The notes below the pieces were generated by a model that did not search any database, was not told the DNA's origin, and was given only the letters and a program-made list of their open reading frames with translations. A stretch of DNA of 60,000 bases from Lama guanicoe. Its lineage: Eukaryota. Shown in pieces: positions 38,600 through 59,699 of the stretch. Where the stretch lies: the NCBI GenBank assembly GCA_013239625.1, contig MU054117.1:560001-620000 (forward strand), read 5' to 3'. Position 1 is the first letter of the stretch; each line of letters starts with the position of its first letter. The translations under genes and the position numbers were made by a program.

Positions 38600-39310
38600 A
38601 GCCTCCCCTCTGAACCACGGAGTCCTGGCGCGGAGGCCCCCCCCCACCACCTGCTTTTCCGAGCGTGGCGATTGGCAGAGACGGCCCAGACAGACGGGCG
38701 GCCTGGCCAATGGGGCGGCCGGCGGGGCGGGTCCGCGGACAGCGGTTGGGGAGGAAGGTGGGTTCCCGAGGGGCTGGAGGGCGAGGAGGGAGGCCGAGCG
38801 GGGCTTCCGAGGGCGGCGCAGACGCGGGGGCGCGGTGGGTCCACCCGGAGAGGCCTCCCGGTCACCGCTCGGTCGGGCCGCAGCGCTGTCCGCGAAGGAA
38901 GAGGAGCAGGGAGCGGCGGGCCCGAACCCCAACTGCCCCACCCCCCGCGGGAGCCGCCGGTGAGCGCGGGGCACGCGTGGGGTCCCCATTTCCTCGCCGT
39001 CCCGAGGCCGGGCTGCCAGGGTGCCGGTCCCGCTTTCCCACCCTGGCGCCCCCCTGTGCTTGGCTGCTTGGCCGCGTGGCAGGGGGCAGGTGGGGCTTGA
39101 AGTCTCCAATCTCAGTGTTCTTACCTGGAAGTTGAGACTTCGTCTCATGAGGTTGCTCCGAGCGTAGGGGGCCCGGCGAGTGCAGGGCCGTCGGCGCACA
39201 GCCGCGTGCCGGGTGCCCCCCGAGTGCTGGACACACGGACCGGCCTCCACCGGCCCCCTCGGACCCGCTCGGACTCCTGCGTGTGGACTGCTCACACGTG
39301 ACCTGATACC
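38600..39310. promoter_or_regulatory. CpG-island promoter (CCAAT + GC boxes); candidate exon 1 of the connexin-like gene
   Basis: ATTGG 38671-38675, CCAAT 38707-38711, GGGGCGG 38712-38718 and 38724-38730; plus-strand donor CCG|GTGAGC at 38959/38960. Confidence 0.65.
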
Positions 39311-39409
39311 TGGGGGCGATTTAGAAATACGGCCAAGTCCCGGATACCTTTTAAAGAGACTTACCAGCACCCTGACCATTTCTTCTATAAAAACCCAAAG
39401 CATTTTTAA

Positions 39410-40080
39410 AAACTCAGAAAATCCCAAGGGTGGGAGAGGATGTGGGGAAATTGGCAGCCTTGTCCCCTGTTGGTGGGACTGGGAAATGGTGCCGCTGCCG
39501 TGGAAAACAGTGTGGTCAGTCCGCAAAAGACCGGACATAGAATTACCAGTGACCCAGCACTCCCGCGTCTGGGTCTGCGCTCACGAGGGGCGATCGCTCA
39601 GCCCAGACATAGCTGCACACCCTTGGTCCCGGCGGCGTTACTCACGGGGCCCAAAGCGGAAAACAACACAAGTGTCCATGGACAGGTGGACGGATAAACT
39701 CAACGTGAGCTACACACACAGTGGAAGATTATTCGGTCTTTAAAAAAGAAGGAAATTCTGACATAGGCTACAACATGGATGAACCTTGAGGACACTGCTC
39801 AGTGAAATAAGCCAGACACAGAAGGACAGATACTGCGTGTTTCTTCTTAGAGGAGTCAAATTCACAGAGACAGAAAGTAGAACAGTGCTTGCCAGGGGCT
39901 GGGGGAGGGGGCTGGGGGTGAGTGATAATGGGAACAGAGTTTCCGTTAGGGAAGGTGAGAAAGGTTGGAGATGGATGGTGGTGATGGCTGCACAATCATG
40001 CGAATGCACTTAATGCCACTTAAACATGGTCAGAGTGGTAAAGTTTGTGTTATGTGTATATTACCGCAAAGAAAAAGCAC
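39410..40080 (+). mobile_element. L1MB-like 3' end
   Basis: GGAAATTCTGACATAGGCTACAACATGGATGAACCTTGAGGACA...AGTGAAATAAGCCAGACACAGAAGGACA...GGAGATGGATGGTGGTGATGG...A-rich tail. Confidence 0.85.
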
Positions 40081-40860
40081 TCAAAACATTCATTAAATGC
40101 TCTAAATCTCAAGTTAAATTAAGTAGTCACTGTCATTTATAACACAGGCAAGAGAACAAACCCTGACAACCGCCAAGATTAAGCTGATAAAGATTTGAAA
40201 AGGTTTACTTTTCTGTTACGAAGCCTCCAGCACATATACAGGCCCGCCGCGGGTCGGCGGCTGAGAGGTGGTCAGGCCTCTTGTTGTTATGATAGGTAAA
40301 ATATGGAGACAGGTGCCCTCGGAAAAGCTGTGGGCGGAGCAAGGTCACATGAGAGAAAGAAAAGAAAATGTTCTGCTTCACCACCCAGTTGTAGGACGTT
40401 TCCTGGCAGAGACGCCAAGTCAGAGCCTGCTGTGGGGCTTCCAGCACAGCCAGACACTCCCAGAACTGTTGAATTGGCTCTTCACCCGTGCATTTGTCAA
40501 GTCTATAGGCCTGTTCTGGGTGGCGTGGGCGTCACAAACGTGACCAGTTTGATTCCTGACCCCCAGACGCTGACGACCAGTCGGAGAGATGACAGACACA
40601 AGTGTAACGGTGTGACAGTGGGGTGCGTCCTGAGGGGGACAGTGGTTGTCCTGGGCTGAAATGTGGAGAGAGAAGGGACCCTGGCCGGGGGAGCAGACAC
40701 TTGTGGTCAGGATGTGAAGCCCGCTGCTGACGGCAGTCCGACTCGAGCGATGTCCTCAGATGTGCTGGGGAGTCCAGCTCGGCTGTCATGTTCTGACTGA
40801 GCTCCTCTTGTCTTCCCTTCCCCAGCCGGTCCGCACCCCCGTCCCTGAGCGTCCGAGGAG

Positions 40861-41664
40861 ATGGCCGCGGCGGCGGTGGCTGGGCTGATCCCGGTGCTGC
40901 ACTCGGTGGCCGGCGACAAGTCCAGCTACTACGTTGGGCGGCAGCTGTGGTTCGGCTTCATCGCGGTGTACGGAGTGGTGGTGTACGTGGTCCGCATGCC
41001 CTGGGCCGACCTCCACCAGGACTTCTGGTGCCATGGCAGCATCACCTACCCCTGCCTGATCGAGTGCTTCGAGAGCAGCTTCAGCAGCCCCGTGGTGGGC
41101 CTCTGGTACTTCTTCTTCTTCCTCTTCCTGGCCTTCTTCTTCCTCATGGAATTCTTCATGGCTCAGGTCCGGCACAAGCAGATCAAGGCCAAGCTAGTGG
41201 AGTCGGAGGCGGCGGACGTGGAGGAGGGCTCCATGGTGGGGGTCCAGGAGCAGGCGCCCTCCCCCAAGAAGGCGGCCCCCAACTTCCACCAGGAGAAGGC
41301 GCTCCTGCTGCTGTATCTCGTGCACTTCCTCCTGCAGGTCAGCTCCCAGGGCGTGTTCCTGTTCCTCCTCCACTACCGCCACCTGCCCCTGGTGAGCCAG
41401 GCCACCATCCGCTGCAGCACTGGCAGCTGCCCGGGGCCCTACTTCTGCCTGGTCCGCGGCTCCATCGAGAAGCGGATGTCCATCTACACCCTGGTCACTC
41501 TGTCCTTCATGATCATCCTCTTCTGCTCTGGCTTCTTCATGTACAGCGTCCACCACTACCTGCTGAAGGGCCTCCGAGTGCCAAGTATTGGCCTAAATGA
41601 CGGCGGGCAGCTCAGGTCCCTGAACTCTGTCTGCCAGCCCCCGCCTTCCTCCTTCACAGAATAA
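40861..41664 (+). CDS. Divergent connexin (gap-junction family) protein, 267 aa, unassigned paralog
   Basis: Four hydrophobic segments; EL1 WAD-x3-DFWC57-x7-C65-x3-C69FESSF...LW; EL2 C185-x4-C190P-x4-C196-x6-EK; strong Kozak GAGGAGATGG; high GC3; splice acceptor 35 nt upstream; AATAAA at 41660-41665. Confidence 0.85.
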   Translation: MAAAAVAGLIPVLHSVAGDKSSYYVGRQLWFGFIAVYGVVVYVVRMPWADLHQDFWCHGSITYPCLIECFESSFSSPVVGLWYFFFFLFLAFFFLMEFFMAQVRHKQIKAKLVESEAADVEEGSMVGVQEQAPSPKKAAPNFHQEKALLLLYLVHFLLQVSSQGVFLFLLHYRHLPLVSQATIRCSTGSCPGPYFCLVRGSIEKRMSIYTLVTLSFMIILFCSGFFMYSVHHYLLKGLRVPSIGLNDGGQLRSLNSVCQPPPSSFTE

Positions 41665-41665
41665 A
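41660..41665 (+). terminator. PolyA signal overlapping the connexin stop codon
   Basis: GAA TAA A contains AATAAA; followed by U/GU-rich sequence. Confidence 0.6.
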
Positions 41666-43122
41666 CCCGTGTTCTCCCTTTCTCTGGCCACAGCCAGGCT
41701 CGCTTGTCTGACTGGGCTGGAGGGACATGCGTGGTGACGTGGCCGAGCCCCTCCCCGGAGGCCTGTGACACTGAGCGTCCCACCTCGTCCTTCCTATGCC
41801 TTCCAGTCAGGAGGTGCTGAGAGCTGTGAAGGTTCAGAGGAGGTTGGGTGGCTTGCACTGTGGCCTCCCCGGTTTGGGCTGTAAACCCAAAGCAGACAGT
41901 TCTTCACGGGACCACTCCTGGCCGGACGGGCAGGGGAGCTTCTCCATGCTTGCGTGTGTGGCCCAGCAAGGACCGACCCAGTCTAGGGGAGCCCCTGAGA
42001 AGGAGGAGTTGGAGGGTGGGGTTGAGGCTCACTGTGCACAGAGCCATGCTGCATCCCAGAGATGTCCAAGCCCAGCCCGGGGCTCCCCTTGCCCAGGTCT
42101 GCTGTCTGCCCACCCATGGAGGCTTGACCAGACCCTTGGGGAGGGGCAGAGCTGGGGATCCAGACGTTACCTAGAGAGTCAGGCTGCTCTCGCATCCTGT
42201 GCCTGAGGCCTGGGCTCCCTCCGGGCCTCTGTGTGAGACATGGGGCAGAGGGCAGAGCTGGGGCCCCACCTGACCTGCCCAAGCCAGCATGATGCTTCCA
42301 AACCACTCAGGTGAATGTGGTCCTATTTCCCCTTGGTCCTGAAGCTGACTGTGCAGACAGACCTGAGCGTGGCTCTCAGTGATTTCTGTCCCCACCCCCC
42401 AACCCCAATGTCCATGCCTTTGAGTAACCCTCGCTTTTGAGTGCTGGCAGGAACCGTGACTTGATTCTAACAGATCAGATGTCACTCCCATGATCGTGTC
42501 TTTTTATGTAGAAGATTCTCCCTCACTGGCTTTGAAGGGAGGGGCTACGGGGAAGGAGCATGGCAGGGACTTCCAGGGGCAGGTCCTGGGGCGGCACCTA
42601 CCCTGTTCCCACTCCGGGAGCTGGGCAAGCCCTTCCCCTGTTTTCTTCTCCTTCGAGCCTGGACTGCAGAGCTCAGGGTCCAGGTTGGGGCAGAGGGGAG
42701 GCGGGGTGGGGCGCGTCCTCAGCAAAGGAGGAGAAAGGGCGGCCATGACCCATAATTCCCCAAATGGACTCCATCTTCCACGGGACGATGCCATCACTAT
42801 GTCCCGCTGACACATTACTTCTGGGAAGAGCTATTTTTCATTTTTACTAAATGTGATCCTACTCCTCCCACCCCGAGCCCCGCTTCTCTCTCCTTCCTGC
42901 CCCCTCCCTTTCTCTTCATTCATTCAGAACCAATTTCATGCCCTTCCGGCTACTGCGAGCTGGAGGCAGCTCCCGTATTTCCCCGCGACTCCCCTGCCTT
43001 CCTCCCCTCCCGAGGCTGAGACCGGCCCACGGGGTCAAGTAAGTTTTTGTGACCTCTAGGGAGCAGGACAAGAGAAGGCGAGAGAGAAATGCCACTGCAA
43101 CAACATAGACGTTGTTAAGAAA

Positions 43123-43128
43123 TTTATT
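43123..43128 (-). terminator. CACNA1C distal polyadenylation signal
   Basis: AATAAA on minus; GU-rich downstream element (GTCTATGTTGTTG); ~5.9 kb 3'UTR. Confidence 0.75.
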
Positions 43129-45867
43129 TGCAATTCTTGTTTTTTGGGTTTTTTGTTTGTTTTTTAAATAACATCATTCCTTAGGTAAAAATGCAATCTT
43201 ACAGGAATATACACAGCGTCTCACACAGAGACGGCCTGCCACTCTCCTCCACCCCCGACCCTTCTCCAGGGGAGGGTCGCAGGCCAGGCCGTCAACGGGC
43301 TGTTTGCTGATTACAAACTGTACAACAGTATTTACAACAGTGAGGCCGGGGGCCCCGAGGGAAGGCGCGGGGGCATGGGGGTGACGGGCCCTTGGGTGTC
43401 TCCTGGAAGGGGCATGACTCAGACGGGTGGGGTGAAGGCGGGCGCAGCAGAGGGGAGGGTGGGCAGGGCCTGTCCGCTGGGCAGCCCTGGGTGCGAGGAT
43501 GAAGCAGGGATGTGTGAGCGTGACGGATGGTCACCACCAGGACCTGTCACCTGATTCTTGGTGAACGTGTGTGTTTTTCCATGGAGGGGGGTCTCAGCGG
43601 CTCCCGTTGCTGACACCCTTGGGCCTCCAGGACCTTCCTCCCTAGGGGGAACCTCATTCCCATGAGGCTCCAGAGACCAGTGCCGGAGGGTGTGAGGCGA
43701 CGCGTCGGGGAGGGGTGCACGTGGTGGGGCGGTGGGAGCCCGCAGCACGTGGGCCTCCAGAGCTCTCTGAAGGAGACCGCCGTAAACCGTCTGCCCTCGA
43801 GTCTCAAGTGTTGCTTTTCCCTTTTCAAGCCTCTGTGTAGTTTTCCTGTGTTGGGAAGTCTGAGGGGGAGGGGGCTTGGCGCCCAGTGACCCGTCCTCAT
43901 CCCGGCCCACAGCCCCCGGGCCCCCTCCGTGTCTCCTCCCAGAGCTGCTCTGGCCAGTTTCTGATGCAGTGTAATCACAGGGGACAAACTGGCTGTAACT
44001 AATTCCTGGGGATTAAATGTCATGCCACGTTCCCAAGATGACTGATTCTGAAAACCGGGGTTCCCAGACGCCCCACAAAGGGGGGACCCCTGTGACACCT
44101 GGAGGGGGCTGTGACTCGGCTCACATAACACGTAGGCTCTCCTCTGTCTGGTCTCCCCCAGGTGCGTGGAGAAAGGGAATTCATGGACTCTGCGCGACTC
44201 AGGCTGACGGGACGCCCGCTGTGGCCCTGCCTCCCCTTCAGACACCAGGAGGAGGCTTCCCTAAAGCCGCGGGGAGCCTGCGGGGCTTCCCCACCATCTG
44301 CTGTGACCAAGCGTCCTAAAGCCGCGTCAGGATAACGGACTTTAGGTGTGGCCGTAGTTTCTCGTTGTCGACACATGCTGCTCAGTTCACAATAATCATA
44401 GGTCCAGACGCACATTTCCACCCAGGGAAGTTCCTCTCTGCTCAGTGCGCAGCCTCCTGAGAGGAGGACAAAGCCCTTTGTGTCTCGCTCAGCCGGAATG
44501 CCAGCACCTGCCCCTTAAGGGTGGGAGCCTGAGTGTGTGTGTGAGTGTGCCTGTGTGTGAATGTGTGCGTGTACAATGTGGAAGCCTGGCAGAAATCCAT
44601 TCACCAGTTTGGTATCTGGCCCCACAAAGCAATGTTTCCTTGCTTTGAAACAAAAATAAATACATAAATAAATAAAGTTAACCCCAGAAATGCATCCACC
44701 AAGAAACTAAAGGAATCTGCTCCCAGGACCCCTCTCACTGGACCGGGGAGGAGGGGGCCGCTGGGAAAGGTGGGGAGGCCCCATCCGGACAGCCCTGCCC
44801 TCCCTTCGTCCCCCTTGGGCCTTGGCGTTCCGGGTGGGAGGCGGCGAACGTGCAGAAGGGACGTCGGCAGAGGGGGCAGGGTGGCAGACCTCCCACACTC
44901 AGCCAAATGGGATGGTCTGGCTGGGAAAACAAAGCCAGACCAGTTTTATTTTTTTCTTCTTCCAGAGCACATCCTTGAGGCCACAGCCTCTCCACTGTCC
45001 TGGCCACGGTGGGGGTTGAACCCGACCCCCCCTTCCGGAACATGGAACAGAAACAGGGAGTCGGAACGTGTCCTCCCAGAACGCCATTCCCCTCCGGGTC
45101 GGTGCCGGCTCCTCCCCAGAACACAGCCACGTCTGTACATAAACGGAACTGGCTTGGACTCTGGCAGCAAGGTTTTGACCAACCAGGGTCTCCGAGGGTT
45201 GATACAAGACGGCCCTTTCCTTGGCGACATTGCTGAACTGTTTCTGACTCTCAGTGGCCTGTCCACTGTTCCGGGCCCCCATCCGAGGTGGGATGGCCTC
45301 ACCCTCCGTAGCAACCCTCGGAGCCCTGACCACCCCGCCTCTTCCCTGGGCCCAGTCCGGGTCCTCACTCTCGCCCCTGGCCTTTGGGGGTGGGGGTGGG
45401 CACCTCCTGGCCCCTGGAGAACCACCCGGCCCCCTCGACGACCTCCGGACTCCTGCCTTTCCGGTGCCCTCCTTTCTCAGCCCCGGTGGGTGTGCTTGGC
45501 TGCGGCTCCCTCGGCCGAGGGACCAGATGTTCTGGCAGGGAACGCGGGGGCCGCTCCACTCCAGACCAGCCCTGGGGACTTGGAAGCGGGGGCACGGAGG
45601 AGGGCAAAGACCAGGTGAGAAAGACCCCTGGGCTCACAGTCCGACTTGGGAGATGCGGGAAGAGACTAGAAGGAGGAGCTTCCGAAGCAAAGCAGAGAAC
45701 GTTCACGAATGAAGCCCCAACGTGGAGAGAGAGCCTTCCTTTCCACCCCAAGACTGGAAAGAACCTCTTAGGGGCGGGTGGGAAGGAGACAGTGAGCATC
45801 AGTTACGACCACGGTGGAAACGAGAGAGGCCACCAGACGGGCCGAACGCAAACCAGGCCGCCCTGAC

Positions 45868-45909
45868 CTGGGGCCTGAGCTCTGGGGCCTGAGCTCTGGG
45901 GCCTGAGCT
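45868..45909. repeat. 14-bp tandem repeat x3 in CACNA1C 3'UTR
   Basis: (CTGGGGCCTGAGCT)3. Confidence 0.9.
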
Positions 45910-48900
45910 GGCTTAGCTTCCTGTCACTCCGGGTTTTCACAAGGCCTGTCGGTTCTGCTGTGAAGGCCACGGGAAAGTTCTGTTTTGGAAGGAGAGGCGG
46001 CGCCACACTGTGGAGGAGGGTGGCAGGAGTCACTCGTCCACCCCGACCACGCCGGTCGTGAGCTCAGGTTCGGGAAGAGCCCTCCCCTACGGCGCTCCCG
46101 TCTGAGCTGCGCCCCTTCCCAGCAGCCCACCAGCCCTCGCCTTGCGGACCCGGGTCCTGCAGGCTCAGGGGGAGCCTGCGGGCGGCCAAGGGCGAGCAGG
46201 CGAGGGGACGCCCACAGCAGAGCCCTGGAAGTAGCTGGCCGGTGAGATTCGGTGACACGGATGAAAAGTCCAAGAGGAAGCAGAAGGCAGCTCAAGGAGG
46301 CTGAGCTTGTGGTGGGTGTGTGAGGTCAGCTAAGATTCCAAATCCTAACCGGGGCCAAAGGTACAGCGGGACCCAGGGATCGACCCGAGGGTCCCCACCC
46401 CATCCCATCAAACATCGCCATGGCCCGTGGTAGACATTTGGGACACTGGACGGAGGACGGACGACACTGGAACTTAATTTCTAGGAGACCTTGATGGCAC
46501 GGAGAAGGAGCCTAGGAAGTCGGGGTGCCGGGAGTTTCCAGACTGTAAGCCACCCGGGGCGAGGGCACAGGGGCTTCAGAGTGACGCTCATCTCCGCCGC
46601 GGAGGGGACGTGCCCTGCATCATTTCTGAGCTGCTCCTGTGAGCACGTGCCCGGAAGGGCTGAGAGCCCCGGGACTGGGAGGGACGCTGTGGGTGGACAG
46701 TTGCGTGCGGTTCCCCCCACATCCGTCCCTTGTCAGCCATCGCTGTTGAAATCTGTCCGAAGGAGGCAGCACCCCAGGTGACGTCCAGGTGGATGCAGAC
46801 GGGCAGAGATGCCCCGCAACGCCTCTGGCCCTGTGGTTACTGCGCGCTCCTGACTCTCCGCACTGGTCCTGGCCCCCTATGGCCTCCACTCCACGACAGT
46901 CAGCTGGAGGAAGTCCTGCTCCAGGGCGAGCCCAGGTGGAGCAGTGAGTGAGATGGACTTGGCTTTGGATGGACAGGATTTTACTGCTGTTGGGCTCCAG
47001 CCCCTGTGGTCCGGGTGTGGCACAGTGCGCCCTGCCCTCCGACAGTCCACCCTCCTGGCCAGGGAACGCTTCCCCGAGGAACGCCTGTGCCGTGGGGTAG
47101 ATGGCAAGGTCGGCTGCCTCTCTCGTGGGGGACGCTGACACCAGGCTGGTGACAGAGAGACTGGTTGGGGTGCTTCACGGCCCCTCCCGGGGAGGGGCTG
47201 TTCCTGGAGGAATTCCAGACCCCAGATCAGAGAGCAGGGGCAGAGCAGATGGGGTAAGGTTGGGTTAAGAAGTGTCCTGGTCTCTCAAAGCAAGATGCAG
47301 ACACACGATCACCCAGTTTTGGGAAAACCCAGGGAAACGGAAGCGAACACAAGATATGCAAAACAGTGAGGTCCACCCGCGTGTGGACACTGACTTGGCA
47401 TCGGGACCTGCCCTGGGGGGCGGGGGGCTGCACTCATCACACAGATGAAAAGAAGAGCTGTTTTCTGACCCCAACACACGTAGAAAAGCATTTCAGAGGT
47501 CAAAGGTAAAGCTTGTCACACTCCAAATACAAAATGGTTTACTTACATGCAGCAAATATACAAGAAGTGAATTCAAAAACAAACTTAGTTCAACTCATTA
47601 TATTCGCTTGGCACAATTGCAATTCAGTTTTAAAAAAATATTTGTAAAATACCGAGACTGACCTGAATTCAAGTGTAACCTCTCTCCAGCAGAAACACCA
47701 CCAACGCGGTGAGCGTCGCACGGACAGACCGAAGCAAAGCGCCTCTGAGGTTCTCCCTCACACTTCCGTGTGTTTTTTTAAATACAGTTGTAATGCCAAC
47801 ACAACTCACAATTGTATTTTGAAAATGAGTATTATTGCATTGTTTTTGCATATCTTGTGGGACAGAAAATGCAGAGAGTTACTGAATCCCGTTTCAGAAG
47901 CAGAGACAGTGGTTTGTTTTTGCTTTCATGGCCCCAGATTCAAATCTCCCCACAGTTAAGCCCTGAAGTGGGAGCGGCGGGCTGACCGGCAGGTGCAGAC
48001 AAGACCCCGGCCGCACACCGACGACCCCCGCGCACACGTCACGCGCTCTCCGGAGGCCCCCGCGCGTGCTTCCCCTCTCGGGCACCCGCTATGACGCACG
48101 TCTGTGCACAACAGTACCAAGTGCATTGCTGGCTACCTTTAACTTAAGAAACCAAACCGAAGACATCTTGTCACTACCTACAGAAACTATAAGAAATTAG
48201 TGGGTGTACACAGTGGCTGGTAAAACTCTCCACGGTGGCTCGGTAGAATCCTCCGTAGAAAAGGAACCCATGATCTCCTTAAGTAACACAACAAAACCAA
48301 ACCCAATTTCCATTTGCAAGAGTGAAAACAGTAAGGCGGGGGGCTGCAAAGCTTGGAAAATGCTCCTCTTCCTCCCCGCCCACCGGGAAAACAAAAGTAA
48401 AAAACAAAGCAAAAGCCCCCAGATGAAACATGCTGTCAAGGAAAATGTCAGATCCCAAACCAGAAGAGCGCTGGCTGGCAGCTCGGCACCACTCGGTCTC
48501 GCCCACTACCCGCCGGGCGCACACGTGGCCGTGGCCCGGCCAGAGGGGGATCCGGCCACGGGTAGCCTTGGTGTGAAGCTGCACGCCGCCCCCCTCACCC
48601 CACCCCCTGCTGCTCCCTCCTCCCTTGGGCTGGGGCTGGGGCCTGGCTTCCTTCTGCAAATCCACGGGGCCCTGGCTCTACAGAGACAGTGAGGCTCATA
48701 CAGAATATGTGCAAAATGACTTTTTACAAGCAGAGCTGAAAGACACCCGTTCGGCCTGGGTCCTTCGGGTAAGGGCCGGCCGGCGAGCCGGGGCGGCCAT
48801 GGGGAGGGCAGGCGGCTGGGGTCCCCTCCCTGGTTCTCGCGCCCCTCCCCCAGGGCTGCCCCAGCGCGGACACAGACTGCGGCCGCTTCTCTCCACGCCA

Positions 48901-49019
48901 CCCCCCCCCCGGTCTTGTCCCCACGCAGTGAATGAAGACGCTGCTCTGTTTGCTCCAGGTCACGAGGACAGTGAGGCACTTCTGAAACGAGCCCATTAGG
49001 AGCACGTCCCGCCCGGCTG

Positions 49020-59140
<10,121 letters not shown>

Positions 59141-59699
59141 TCACTGCTCCTCCTCGAGGGAGCACCTGGGGCCGGGGCTGTGGGCCGGGCTGAGCAGGGC
59201 AGGAGGGCACAGGAGCTCCCCTGGGTGACTGGAGGAAGCGTGGTCCCCCCGCAGACCCACGCAGAGCGTCCATGCTCGGGGGGGCCTCTGGGTCAAAGCC
59301 CTTTGCCGAGTCTCCTGCTGGGAGGAGGCGGCAGATCTCAGGGCAGAAGAGGGACCCAGAAGACAGGCTTCTGTGCGTCTGCTTTCTCTGCTGGCAAAAG
59401 ACTTCATTAGATTTCTCTCCATGCAGCCCCTGGGATCCTGGCCTTACAGCCCTGGAAAAGGATGGCTGAGAGAGGGCATGGCAGGTGGGATCTAAGCTGC
59501 CCCGAGCTCTCCCACCGGCCCGCAGGGTCCCAGGACCGCGCACACGGCGGGCTCCCCCGCGATCACATCATGCCATCTGACACACACACCCTGAAGGCGG
59601 GAGGTTATCCAGGTGGGCCTGAGACAGTCCTGACAGCTCTGCAAAAGGAGAGCGCTCTCAGGCGCAAACTCCCAGCCGCGAAACAGACACGTCCCGGGG

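Noticed and set aside
38570..39743. 322-aa, 234-aa and 187-aa ORFs over the CpG island and L1
   Set aside because: Composites of L1 ORF2 relic and GC-rich promoter sequence; no coherent domain.
40861..41664. Naming the connexin GJE1/GJB7/GJD4, or calling it a pannexin, claudin or tetraspanin
   Set aside because: Three Cys per extracellular loop with connexin spacing excludes pannexin and claudin patterns and GJE1; similarity to any named paralog is too low to assign a symbol.
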